From Eledone cirrhosa (lineage: Eukaryota), in the NCBI GenBank assembly GCA_964016885.1, contig CAXHJY010000746.1:186001-250000 (forward strand): a stretch of 64,000 nucleotides of DNA, given 5' to 3'. The notes under the pieces are model-generated. The model had not been told where the DNA came from and ran no database searches. It worked only from the letters and a program-made list of their open reading frames with translations. The stretch's first letter is position 1. Every line of letters begins with the position of its first letter. The position numbers and the translations under genes were made by a program. Shown here piece by piece: positions 12,481-24,058 of the stretch.

Positions 12481-12841
12481 GTAAGATTTTTCAATAAACT
12501 CATCATTAGTTTTTGACCCTTTTGCTACCATAACTGCACCCCCTCCTCTTTTCAACCACCCTAAAATGCTACCTCTGGTTTTATAAAACAAATGACCCCC
12601 TTTTTAAAGGATCCATATATAAGTTTAAGTGAATCCCTAAAAATTCTTTAACCTTTCAATACCATAAGTCCACTAGGCCACGGACCTCCACTAAAGTAAT
12701 GTTTTATTTGTCATTCTTTGCCCCTTTATCATTGTACCGGCTTTTTGAAAAAACTTAGGGGCCGTTTATCACATATCCCACAATGCTTCGTGTTAATTAC
12801 AGAACTCTATTATATATATATATATATATATTATATAGTAT

Positions 12842-12940
12842 ATAAGGTGTCCCAAAAATATATACACAAAATCTGTGCATTCTAATAAATATTGACTGTA
12901 CAGGCATGTTAAATGTATACATTTTTGGGGGGTTACCCTG

Positions 12941-12943
<3 letters not shown>
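12842..12943. mobile_element. Tc1/mariner-type MITE; relatives near 4260, 25855-26220 and 50088-50252
   Basis: TA-flanked terminal inverted repeats of the TACAGGGTGTCCCAAAAA type. Confidence 0.6.
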
Positions 12944-12975
<32 letters not shown>

Positions 12976-13426
12976 CATTGTATTACCGTTAATAATAGTA
13001 ATAAAAATAATAATACAACTAATACTAATAATACCAAAAAAAAATGTGTGATATTCATGTCTTACAGCTTTCAAACATTTGAAGAGATCGTATGCAGCGT
13101 TTAGGCTCAGTAAGTTAAACCCACAACAGGCCCCATCTGTCTCAATATCATTTGTATTTTCATATTTGCAACAACAACAACAAAAAAAAAAACAATACAT
13201 CATTTTAAAATATTCGCTATATATAATTACGTATATATATTATAAATCCCGCCGAGGTTAACTTTGCCTTTCATCCTTACGGGGTCGATAAAATAAAGTA
13301 CCAGTAATGTACTGGGTAATTGCTGGTCTTGTGCCAATAGTAGAAACAATTATATTATATTATATTATATATATAGGCGCCTCTACGACTATCGGGAGTT
13401 ACGGGCGCATATATACATAGATACAC

Positions 13427-13457
<31 letters not shown>

Positions 13458-13478
13458 TATACATGTATTATATATATG

Positions 13479-13675
13479 TGAAGGTGTATGGCTTAGTGGT
13501 TAGAGGGTTGGGCTTGCAATCGTGAGGTTGTGAGTTCGATTCTCGGACCGGGTGGTGCGTTGTGTCCTTAAGCAAGACACTTTACTTCACGTTCCTCCAG
13601 TTCACTCAGCTGTAGAAATGAGTTGTGATGTCACTGGTGCCAAGCTGTATCAGCCTTTGCTTTTCCCTTGGACAT
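13479..13675 (+). mobile_element. tRNA-headed SINE with CORE-like central domain
   Basis: TGGCTTAGTGG A-box, GAGTTCGATTC B-box, TTGTGTCCTT..GCAAGACACTT core. Confidence 0.75.
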
Positions 13676-14421
13676 CATATATAGTGTATAAATAATATAT
13701 ATATATAGTGTATAATATATACTGTACATAGAGTATATATAATATATATATACTGTACATAGAGTATATATAATATATACTGTACATAAAGTATATATAT
13801 AGTGTATATATATATGTTGAGTCGTCAGTGGTGCCAAGCTGTATCAGCCAACATCATATATAGGGTAAACATAGTGTATATATAATATATATAGTGTATA
13901 TATGCTGTACATAATGTGTATATATATATATATATATATGTTGAGTCGTCACTGGTGCCAAGCTGTATCGGTCATTGCCTTTCCCTTGGAACAATATCGT
14001 TGGCATGGAGACGGGAGACTGGTATACATGGGTTACTGCTGGTCTTCCATATACAACCTTGCCTGGATTTGTGCCTCTGAGGAGGCCATATATATATATA
14101 TACATATATAGACCCGTCCCACCCTTGCAAGCAGGGAAAAGCGGACGTAAAATGATGATGATGATATATATATAAGGGGATAATACTGCCAGTATAATAT
14201 ATAAGGGGAGATAATACTTCCAGTATAATATATAAGGGGAGATAATACTGCCAGTAATAATATGAATTTTATAAGACTTGGATTATAAAAATAAACCTGG
14301 AAATTTATCTTGAAGGAGAGTTTGTGGATTTGATGTTACAGCCCACATCTATTTAAGTTGAGCTGCAAAGTTTTATCTCATACTAGGTTTCTTGGGTGTT
14401 TTAATGATATATATATACTCA

Positions 14422-14701
14422 ACTCTGGATGTCGGTGAGCATGTCCAGCTAACCTCAGTCTCCTCTGTGTCACTTTTGAGCTGACTTTTGGGATGCTCCC
14501 ATACAGCTCTGAGTTTTTCATCCTTTGGGAGCCCCTACATGGACACACTAGAAGAGGAAAACCAAGGTTAACGTATGTTGATGCCCTAAGGACAGACACT
14601 GGTCTGTTGGATATGCAGGACATGGCAGCGATAATGAGGGACAGAGACTGCTGGAGAGAACTCGTCCATGGATCTCGGGGAATTTTACCCGCCTTAGATA
14701 G
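14422..14701 (+). mobile_element. 5'-inverted RTE-clade LINE 3' fragment
   Basis: NSELYG..RRLRLAGHAHRHPEL on the - strand abutting ILWEP.HG..RGKP..TYVD..DTGL on the + strand; flanking ATATATACTCA direct repeat. Confidence 0.8.
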
Positions 14702-14778
14702 ATATATACTCAGCAATCACACAAATATACACACCTGACTATATAAGACTTAATCCTGTCTGTTTTGTCTCTCTACAG

Positions 14779-14885
14779 GCCCACCCCGACCTGGTGGTCC
14801 CCCTCCACCTGTGCCACCCCCACCAGGGGTCCCACTCGTTGGGCCCCCACCACGACAGCCTGGTGGTCCACCACCTCCGGGAATG
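14779..14885 (+). CDS. CPSF6: CPSF6 exon 8, Pro/Gly-rich
   Basis: CTACAG acceptor, GPPRPGGPPPPVPPPPGV..., ATG|GTAAGT donor, phase 1 to 0. Confidence 0.92.
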
Positions 14886-14972
14886 GTAAGTACAAACATT
14901 GATACTCCTGCTGCTGGTCAGCAGCTGCTGTGAAGAATGAACTCTCTATCTCTATATATATATATATATATG

Positions 14973-15105
14973 AACAAGTATGACCCCGACGGTCTAGAAA
15001 TAGCCGTCGGGGTCATACTTTTTCCTATTTCCCACTCTACTACCCTAAGTATTGAGTACTCTGGTGCGTTATGGTCCATCTGGTTCCTTACCACAATTCC
15101 TTTGT
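14973..15105. mobile_element. Short hairpin-bearing interspersed element (Helentron/HINE-like?); copies at 4933-5030 and 5124-5230
   Basis: 17-bp perfect stem AAGTATGACCCCGACGG/CCGTCGGGGTCATACTT; AACAAG...CTTTGTT ends; sits in (TA)n. Confidence 0.45.
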
Positions 15106-15539
15106 TATATATATATATAAAATTGCAAGTTTGAAGAACTATTAGATAAAATATATACAGTTTTTCCTCTCCCTAATGATTATTTGCTTAATTAATTCTT
15201 CATTGAGCCACACCGTGAAAGGTAGTGACTGTGTCTAATTATATATATATATACCTCTTTGAATTTTATATATATATATATATATCTGTGTGTATATATG
15301 TATTTATACATCTGTATGTATATATATGTGTGGGTGAATGTCTATACATGTCTGTATATATTGTATGTGTGTGTGTATGTATATATATATATACATACAC
15401 ACACACACGTGTGTATATATATATATATATACATGTTTATATATATTATATCTATATAAACACGTATATATATATAATCTGTTAAATTTACTGTTTTGTC
15501 TGTTTCTCCCAGCCTCCCCCTCCCCGACCAGTATATATA

Positions 15540-15584
<45 letters not shown>

Positions 15585-15644
15585 TATATACACGTGTATA
15601 TGTATATAATTTGTTAATTTTCCTGTCTTGTCTATTTCTGCCAG

Positions 15645-15735
15645 CCTCCCCGACCAGTACCACCACCACAGAGAGGTCCACCACCCCCTGATCCCAGATT
15701 AGCTCCACCACGACCAGACTGGGACAGACCAACAG
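15645..15735 (+). CDS. CPSF6: CPSF6 exon 9, PPRPVPPPQRGPPPPDPRLAPPRPDWDRPT
   Basis: Pyrimidine tract + CCAG, CAG|GTGATT donor, phase 0 to 1 fits neighbouring exons. Confidence 0.88.
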
Positions 15736-15760
15736 GTGATTATTATTATAATTATTATTG

Positions 15761-16264
15761 AGGTTTACTTTGCCTTTCATATCGTTACGGGGGTTGATAA
15801 AATAAAGTACCAATAATACACTGGGGTCAATTTAATAGACTTTCCCTTCGCTGAAACTATTATCCTTATTGTTGGATTGACAATAATCGGTAGAGGGTCT
15901 GACAACATTCTTTGTGTCATAGTTATGTCCCTTTACCTTCTGAGTTCAAATCCTGCCGAGGCTAGCTTTGCCTTTCATATCCTTACGGGTTTATTAAAAT
16001 AAAGTACCAGTCACAAACTGGGGTCGATTTAATCGGCTTTCCCCCTCCCCCAAAATTACTGGCCTATACTAGAATTCATTATTTTGGCAGTATCGGTAGA
16101 GGGTCGGACGCCATGCTTTGCAAGCAAAGAGTTACGGCCCTTTATGGTCTGAGTTCAAATCCCGCTGAGGTTAACTTTGCCTTTCATCCTTACCGGGTCG
16201 ATAAAATAAAGTACCAGTAATGCACTGGGATAATTGCTGGCCTTGTGCCAAATGTAGAAACAAT
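15761..16264 (+). mobile_element. Three tandem Nin-type SINE copies in CPSF6 intron 9
   Basis: Repeated B-box, core and AAATAAAGTACC blocks. Confidence 0.85.
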
Positions 16265-16420
16265 CATTATTATTATTATTACTATTACTACTAGAGTAAA
16301 ATCCCATGCTGCCAGTAATTATATATATATACACACACACACAATCAGAATTTTATATATATATATATATATACATCTATACCCTCAATATATCTATATA
16401 TGTCTCTCTCTCGTCAACAG

Positions 16421-16471
16421 ACCACCGACCACACCACAACTGGAACCCTATGGTACCATTCCCAGGCTCAG
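16421..16471 (+). CDS. CPSF6: CPSF6 exon 10 (51 nt, possibly cassette), DHRPHHNWNPMVPFPGS
   Basis: CAACAG acceptor, CAG|GTAACA donor, phase 1-1, open. Confidence 0.75.
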
Positions 16472-16739
16472 GTAACATTGTTACTATTTTGTTCACATTT
16501 TCTAGCCTCTATATATCTATTTATCTATCTATATGTATATCTATCTATCTATATGTCTATCTATCTATCTATATATATCTATCTATCTATTTGTCTATCT
16601 ATATATCTATCTATCTATATGTATATCTATCTATCTATATGTCTATATATCTATCTATATGTCTATCTATCTATCTATCTATCTATTTGTCTATCTATAT
16701 ATCTATCTATCTATATGTCTATCTATCTATATATCTATC

Positions 16740-16779
<40 letters not shown>

Positions 16780-17730
16780 CCTATCTATTTATCTACCTAA
16801 CTATCTATGTGTACAAATGTTATAGTCACGCCAACACCAACCACTTTACAGAGTGTACTGGGTGCTTTTATTGTGTAGATCACCAACATTAGGGAGCTGT
16901 CATGTCCTTGACACAACTGAAGAGTCCTCATCATCATAATCTTCACCACCAACACATCATCACTCCATCATCACCAACACATCACCCCTTCATTACCACT
17001 AGCACTATAATCATCATCACCACTCACCACCACCATCATAATCTTCACCCCCTTCATTACCACTAAGCACCACCATCATCATTGTTTAACATCTATTTTC
17101 CATGCTAGCATGGGTTAGACTTTCTGCCCTGTTATATGGCTGGACATGTCACATGAAATAATGACTTGACTGGATGTTTTTTTGTTTTTTTCTTGCTGTG
17201 ACATCAGCACTACCACTTTACAGAGTGGACTGGGTGTTTTTTATTATCATTTTCTTTATATAACCTGATATATATAGAACATTTTCAAACATCCACACAT
17301 GTTTTTGTTTGTTTTTCTTGCTGTGACATCAGCACTACCACTTTACAGAGTGGACTGGGTGTTTTTTATTATCATTTTCTTTATATAACCTGATATATAT
17401 AGAACATTTTCAAACATCCACACTTTTTTTCACTATATATATATATATGCTTCTACAGGACTTCTATATTAAATTTTGTTGTGTATACTCTACTAATGTA
17501 TTGAGTACCTTACTTACTGTGCTTACCCCTGATTAAACCTGGGATTCACATATACACTATATATATATATTATATATATAATAGACAAATACATCTATAT
17601 ATACACTTACATATACACACATACACACACTTTTCTCACCACCAATGGGGGGGGGGGGTAGGATGTTATGGGTTAACCTTGAATTCTTGGCCCCCCCAAC
17701 TATTTCTATGATTTTCTGTTTCAATTGTAG

Positions 17731-17805
17731 CTTCTTATCCTCCTTCCGGGCCTCCGCCCACACAGTCTGTAGCACCACCCCATGGGGTTCGGCCCCCACC
17801 ACCTG
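17731..17805 (+). CDS. CPSF6: CPSF6 exon 11, SYPPSGPPPTQSVAPPHGVRPPPP
   Basis: TTGTAG acceptor, CTG|GTAAAT donor, 75 nt, phase 1-1, Pro-rich. Confidence 0.85.
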
Positions 17806-18498
17806 GTAAATCTTCTTTCTTTTACTTTCTATCTATCTCTCTCTCTGTTTCCTTATACCTTTCTTTCTCTTTATATCCCTCTCTATTTCCCCCCTCACTC
17901 TCCTTATTCACCCATATCTCTCTCTGTATTTCTATTTATTTCTGTGTCGTCCCATCCCAACCCCTAACCTTGACATGTGTTTAGTGGTGGTGGTGGGGTA
18001 TGTCCCTTTCCCCTTGATTTGATAAGCTTGTGTGTGGGGGGTAGTATTCTGTTTGTAGTGTTTTTCTGGGAGGTGGGGCGAGTTCCGTGTGAGTGTGTGT
18101 GTGTTTCTACTGCCACCCAAGTTTACAGAATGTACACGGTGTATTTTATCTACACGCAAGCTTACTTCATTTCTCATGGCACCAACACCACCTCCATTTG
18201 TACCATCATCATCATCACTACCACCACCATCATCTTTAGAACCCCCGCCTTGACTTTCATAGGTTCCTAACTTTTTGCTATGGTGTCTGGCCAACAAGTT
18301 TACAGAGTGTACTGGGTGTATTATATGATGACTCCAACATACTTGCCTCCCGTGTACCAGGGCTGATTAGCCTCATTTGCATACAGCGCTGTCGGCCTGT
18401 TCTTCCCTAAAATAGAATTAAGGTGTTCACTCTAACATAGCTGTATATATACATACACACACCTATATATATACACACACACACATACATCTATATAC

Positions 18499-18529
<31 letters not shown>

Positions 18530-18715
18530 CACACATACATCTATATACACATACACACACATATATATTCACACACACATCTATATATATACACACATAC
18601 ATCTATATATATATATATATATATATACATACACACACACATACATCTATATATACACACATACATCTATATATACACACATATATATATTGTATATATT
18701 TTCTGTTCGTTCTAG

Positions 18716-18745
18716 CTTCCTTTAATGGCAGCCAACATTGGAAAG
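18716..18745 (+). CDS. CPSF6: Candidate 30-nt alternative micro-exon of CPSF6, (A)SFNGSQHWK
   Basis: TTTTCTGTTCGTTCTAG acceptor, AAG|GTAAAT donor, phase 1-1, no stop; followed by an ACTAAC cluster. Confidence 0.6.
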
Positions 18746-18769
18746 GTAAATATTTTACTGGTTAGACCA

Positions 18770-19030
18770 ATTACTGACCTTTTGACCTTTCTACTGGTTG
18801 CACTAACTACTGACCTCTCCTACAGGTCAGGTCTCACTAACCTCTGACCCTTCTACAGGTCACACTAACACCAACCACTAACCACTCACCTATAGGTCAC
18901 ATGACCTCTGATCTGACCTACAGGTCACAATAACAACTGACCACTGACCATTGAACTGGTCGCACTAACTTCTGACCTTTCTACAGGTCACACTAACACT
19001 GACCTCTGACCTACAAGTCACACTAACAAC
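18770..19030 (+). repeat. Degenerate array of TGACC..AGGTCA hairpins and ACTAAC motifs
   Basis: ACTAAC at 18802, 18836, 18864, 18877, 18964, 18992 and 19022. Confidence 0.8.
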
Positions 19031-20101
19031 TGTTGCTTAATTTAACTTTTTTTTTTCTCTCTGTCTCTCTCTAACCCCTCTCTCTCTCTGTCAGTCTCTA
19101 ATCTCTCCTTCCCTCTCTCTACATTTGTCCATAAAATAAAGTACCAGTAATGCACTGGGGTCAATTTAATCAACTATCCCCTCACCCCCGTGTGCCTAAA
19201 TCATAAATTATTATTATGAATGTTTGCGGAAAGTGTTTTTGTCTCTGTTAGGGAGGGACAATGCCCATGGCTCTTTCTACCACCCTGGGGCCACTAAGAA
19301 TTTGTGGATGGTATGTGTAAAATATCCTCAAACAAAAAACCCCATCCTGAATGTTGCTTGTTTTTTTGTTTTGAATTTTTATTTTTTTTATATATTAACC
19401 CTTTTGTTACCATATTACTAATGGAACATAACTTAACCAAGGTTAAACTGTTCTTTTTTGGGGGGGTTTTCAAATAATTCTGAAAATTTAATAAAATGTC
19501 AAGAATTTGGACTTTATTTTCTTTATTATTAAGTTGGCGTTTGGAACATAACTTAACAAAGGTTCTTACATAAAATTACACAAATAGTTTTATATCATAA
19601 ACCCAGGCGTGATGGTCACTTGTGGATTGATATAGAAAGGTCTTAAATAGCAAGACACGGTCCCACACGTGGAAGGGCTTCAATTCAAACCCTAGAGTCT
19701 GTTATTATAATACGGGGCTGGAACCAAAGGGGTTAATGAAGAATTTATAGGGATTTACTAAAATTATTAATTGTTTCATTATAAAAAAAGGTATTTCTAA
19801 CTTAAATGGCTTAAAATTATGTCGGAAGGTTTTAAATTTATATATGGTTCCTTTAAAAGGGGGATAGGTTTGTTTTATAGGAACAGGGGCTGTTTTTTAA
19901 GGGGACAGTTCGTACATAGAATTATGATAGAAGAAAGTTTCTAAATAAATATAAACACTGAGCATTGACCCCTTAAAAACCCTTCACAAATGTGAGTTTT
20001 GACCCCCAAACCCACTGTAATCCATTTATTTTTCATATGACCCCTAAACTTAACTTTATTGTTCCGGCATCATTAAAACTTTATATTTTTCTCTGTTTCA
20101 G

Positions 20102-20232
20102 GCGGTCCCCCGCTACACCAACCTCCTCCAGTGTCTGCCCCACCCCCAGGGCACCCTCCAGCACCAGCTCCACATGTCAATCCTGCATTCTTCCCTCCAC
20201 AACATGGCCAGCCCCCACCTGCAGGACCAATG
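20102..20232 (+). CDS. CPSF6: CPSF6 exon 12 with PAPHVNPAFFPP motif
   Basis: Conserved CPSF6 PAPHVNPAFF motif; TTTCAG acceptor, ATG|GTAAGT donor; phase 1 to 0. Confidence 0.96.
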
Positions 20233-20510
20233 GTAAGTACACCCAGTACACTCTGTAAAGTGGAAGTGTTGGTGTTGTGATAAAATATATATATATATAT
20301 AATGTATGTTTGTAAAAATGAAACAAATAACAAAGCAACCGACACAGTACATTGAAGAAATATTATTAGTTCAACGCTTGATGTAGTAAGAAAAGAGTCT
20401 TAACGTTTTGGACACTGGTCCTTCGTCAGAAGTTAGTTAGAAATAAAAAGGTATACATGTGTTATAAGATGATCATAGATTTACTGAAACAACGTATTTT
20501 TCTTTCCCAG

Positions 20511-20576
20511 ATTCCTGTGGGTCAGTTTGAAAGCCTTCCGTTCCTTGATCCTGATGTCAAATTCCACGCCAACCAT
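20511..20576 (+). CDS. CPSF6: Candidate 66-nt cassette exon of CPSF6, IPVGQFESLPFLDPDVKFHANH
   Basis: Strong acceptor TTTTTCTTTCCCAG, open 22 codons in phase 0, weak donor CAT|GTAAAT. Confidence 0.45.
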
Positions 20577-21004
20577 GTAAATACGATTTAATAACATTAT
20601 TTTGTATTTCTTTAAGGTTCCTGTCTCTCCAAGCCCCACTTCCTCATCTTGGCTTAACCCTTTAGCATTTACATTATATTTACCAGCTCTGCTTCTATGA
20701 AACAAAACCCCCCATTTTAAAGGGTTCCAATTTAAATTAAAATATTCCAACATAATTTTATATAAGAACCTTATATTAAATTACTATCTTAGTAATAAAA
20801 TAATTAATAATTTTAGTAAATCCTTCAAAATTCTTCATTAATTAATTAATTAATTAATTAAAATACATTAGAAATACAGTCATGAAAAGGATTAAGTCTT
20901 TAATACTGTAAATTTCCACAATCTGTCCACTAGTAAAGGTACTGTAAACATTTAGTCCACCATTAAAGATGCTTTTTTTAAAACCATCCCCACAACTTAT
21001 ATTG

Positions 21005-21265
21005 TGGGGTTTTGGCTAGTGGTAAGGGTGTTGGACTTAGGATCATCTTGTCATGGGTTCAAGTCCTGGGCTTGGTTGTGTGTTTTGTTCTTGAGCAAAA
21101 CACTTCAAGTTGCTCCAGTATACTCAGTTGTAAATGAGAATCACTGGCAATAGCTGGGAGTTTAACCCTGCGATGGACTAGTGTCCTATCCAGGAGGGAG
21201 TCTTGTACTCTCAGTCGCTTCACGCCATGAAACCGGGATAAGCTCTGGCCTAATGAACCTTACAA
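21005..21265 (+). mobile_element. tRNA/CORE-like SINE with AACCCTGCGATGGACTAG tail; copies at 40255-40450 (+) and 52690-52940 (-)
   Basis: A/B boxes, core and tail shared among three copies. Confidence 0.75.
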
Positions 21266-21331
21266 GCCCCTATACCAAATTCTGATTTAAATATTCTCAC
21301 CTCTAACTCCCTGTTGTTCTTGCTTTTTCAG

Positions 21332-21420
21332 CCCCCACATTCACAACCAGGAGACATGTATGTCAGACCACCACCCCCAGCTCCTTATCCTAACGACCCT
21401 TATGGGAGACCCCCAGAAAG
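21332..21420 (+). CDS. CPSF6: CPSF6 exon 13, PPHSQPGDMYVRPPPPAPYPNDPYGRPPE
   Basis: DPYGRPP motif as in CPSF6; TTTTCAG acceptor, AAG|GTAAGC donor; phase 0 to 2. Confidence 0.93.
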
Positions 21421-22053
21421 GTAAGCCCATATCTGATGTCTTTGATGTGTTTGTGTTTCTAGCTGTATATTTTAAGATACCACCACCACCACCACTACAA
21501 ACACCACCACCACTACTACCACCGCCTAAGGCACCACCACCCCCACTACTACTATTACAACCATCACATCTATCACCACTACTGTTGAAGACACTACTAC
21601 CACCACCACCACCACTTTCAAAGGTATATACTGTGTACATCTATATATCATTGTCATCATTTTACATCTGCTTTTCCCTGCTTGCAAGGACCATATATCC
21701 AAGAGAATATACAATATATTTTATACAAAGCACATACAAAAATATAAAATTCCCTTTATATATATATACAATATATTGTGTATTCTTTTGGATATACAGC
21801 AAAAGCTTCTATTTCTACTAAATATATATTATAAGTACAGATTAAAGTTTAAGCAAAGAATCGCTGAAGATCCCGTAAAAGGGTGAAAGCAGTGATTCTT
21901 TGCTTAAACTTTAATTTGTACATATAATAAATATTTGCTGTACGGGTTTATATATAATCCTTATCAAGCCCTCTTCGAATTTTAATCTTCACATTTATTA
22001 TTACTATATATGTAAATATAATGTATATATATTGTGTATGTTTGCTGTTTCAG

Positions 22054-22166
22054 ACATGAATCTGCTTCCCCAGCCATCAGTGAACAAGAATTTGAAGAGA
22101 TTTTCCAGCGAAATAAGACAGTTTCCAGTAGTGCAATTTCTCGTGCAGTACAGGACGCCAGTGCAG
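22054..22166 (+). CDS. CPSF6: CPSF6 exon 14, helical domain ([31 protein letters not shown])
   Basis: Close to CPSF6 [30 protein letters not shown]; phase 2 to 1. Confidence 0.97.
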
Positions 22167-22348
22167 GTGGGTTACCGCTCTTGTTATTACATGTACGCAT
22201 GTCACCATCATTGTCGTCTTACATTCTCTGTCTCACTCTACACCATACATATAATCGTTTTATACACACACACACACATATTTAACTGTAATTTATAAAT
22301 TACTGTGTTGTTTACCTGTAATTAATTTGTGTTTGTTTGTTTTTACAG

Positions 22349-22496
22349 GTGACTTTGCTAGCGCCATAGAGACATTGGTGACGGCAATCTCGCTCATAAA
22401 ACAGTCAAAGATTGCAGGGGACGATCGCTGTAAGATCCTGATTAGTTCATTGCAGGACACCCTGCATGGTATTGAGGAGAAATCTTACGGATCCAA
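22349..22496 (+). CDS. CPSF6: CPSF6 exon 15 ([48 protein letters not shown])
   Basis: Highly conserved CPSF6 block; phase 1 to 2. Confidence 0.97.
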
Positions 22497-22594
22497 GTAA
22501 GTGAGGACATATTTTAAACTTTTAACATTTAACATCTGAAACCACACTAGCGAGACATTTTTCTGAAGTATAGACTCTTAATATAACTACATCA

Positions 22595-23040
22595 TATTAA
22601 AGTCTTTACTGTAATACTGTAAATTTTCACAACAATCTGTCCACCAGTAAAGATACTATAAACATTTAGTACAAAACAACACTATGACTACATCACATTA
22701 AATATTAAAGTCTTTACTGTAATACTGTAAATTTTCACAACAATCTGTCCACCAGTAAAGATACTATAAACATTTAGTACAAAACAACACTATGACTACA
22801 TCACATTAAATATTAAAGTCTTTACTGTAATACTGTAAATATTCACAACAATCTGTCCACCAGTAAAGATACTATAAACATTTAGTACAAAACAACACTA
22901 TGACTACATCACATTAAATATTAAAGTCTTTACTGTAATACTGTAAATATTCACAACAATCTGTCCACCAGTAAAGATACTATAAACATTTAGTACAAAA
23001 CAACACTATGACTACATCACATTAAATATTAAAGTCTTTG
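22595..23040. repeat. About 106-bp tandem repeat x4 in CPSF6 intron 15
   Basis: CAATCTGTCCACCAGTAAAGATACTATAAACATTTAGTAC... repeated. Confidence 0.92.
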
Positions 23041-23129
23041 CTGTGATTTTACAAATTTTCTCCAGTTTTTCTTACTTTTCGTTGGGTATTTCTCTGTCTC
23101 TAACAATGTTGGGTCCTTTCTTGTTGCAG

Positions 23130-23325
23130 GAGCAGTATGCGTCGTTCACGGTCTCGCGAGAGAGAGAGGGACCGAGATCGAGAGAAGAGCAGTCGCAGGC
23201 ACCGATCTCGCAGCCGTGACCGAGAGTACAGGGAACGGAGCCGTGATCGCGACCGATATCATGAGGAGCGACACCGCGACAGGGACCGTGACCGAGAAAG
23301 AGAGAGAGAGTATCGGCGTCACTGA
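23130..23325 (+). CDS. CPSF6: CPSF6 last coding exon, RS/RE/RD domain ending EREYRRH*
   Basis: TTGCAG acceptor, RS-like tail, TGA at 23323-23325; exon continues to AAT|GTAAGT donor at 23379/23380. Confidence 0.95.
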
Positions 23326-24058
23326 AGACAGGAAACAATCTAGAAGTTTCTTCCATGGAGGAAAACTTCATTTAAAAATGTAAGTTCCTTCGATGTGTGT
23401 TGGGTTCGTTTGGGTTAGGGCTCTGCCTTCTCTTTCATGTCTCTTGGTTAGGGCAGTGCTCTAACCCAGGGGTAAAAACTTATGATATCTGTTGGGTTTC
23501 GGGGGGCAGCGTCTTCTCTCTGTTTAGGGCAATGCCCTCTCTCTGATATTTGTTGAGTTAGGGCTCTGATGTCTGTTGTGTTAAGACAATACCCTCATTC
23601 AGGGATAAAACCTATGTTTTTTTAGTTAGGGCTTTGCCCTTATTCCGAGAAAAATCTTCTATGTCTTTTGGTTTGGCCTCTGCCCTATCTCTAATATCTT
23701 TTGTGTTAGGGCAGTACCTTTATTCAGGGATAAAACCTTCTATGATAGTCTTAGGTTAGAGGGCAGTGGCCTTATTAGGGGGGTAAATCCTTTGATATCT
23801 ATTGGGATAGGGCAGCACCTTTCCTTGAGGGTAGACGATAATAAACCCTGCACAATGACTACAATGTTGGGTTGAACTGAGGCCCTTTTTCGAAGGTGAA
23901 GCCTTATACAATGTCTTTAATATCTGTTGGGTTTACAACTGTGCCCTTAAGATGTCTAATATGTGTTGGGATCACACCCCTACTATATCTTATCACGGTT
24001 ATTATTATTAAAATGTACCAGTTAAATACTGGGGTCGATATTATTAAGGGGCGGGGCA

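Noticed and set aside
13479-13552. tRNA gene
   Set aside because: tRNA-like head runs directly into a SINE core and no intact cloverleaf is evident; same for the degenerate A/B-box segment near 5817-5890
23410-23830. Interstitial telomere
   Set aside because: TTAGGG copies are isolated and spaced 30-80 nt apart, not tandem
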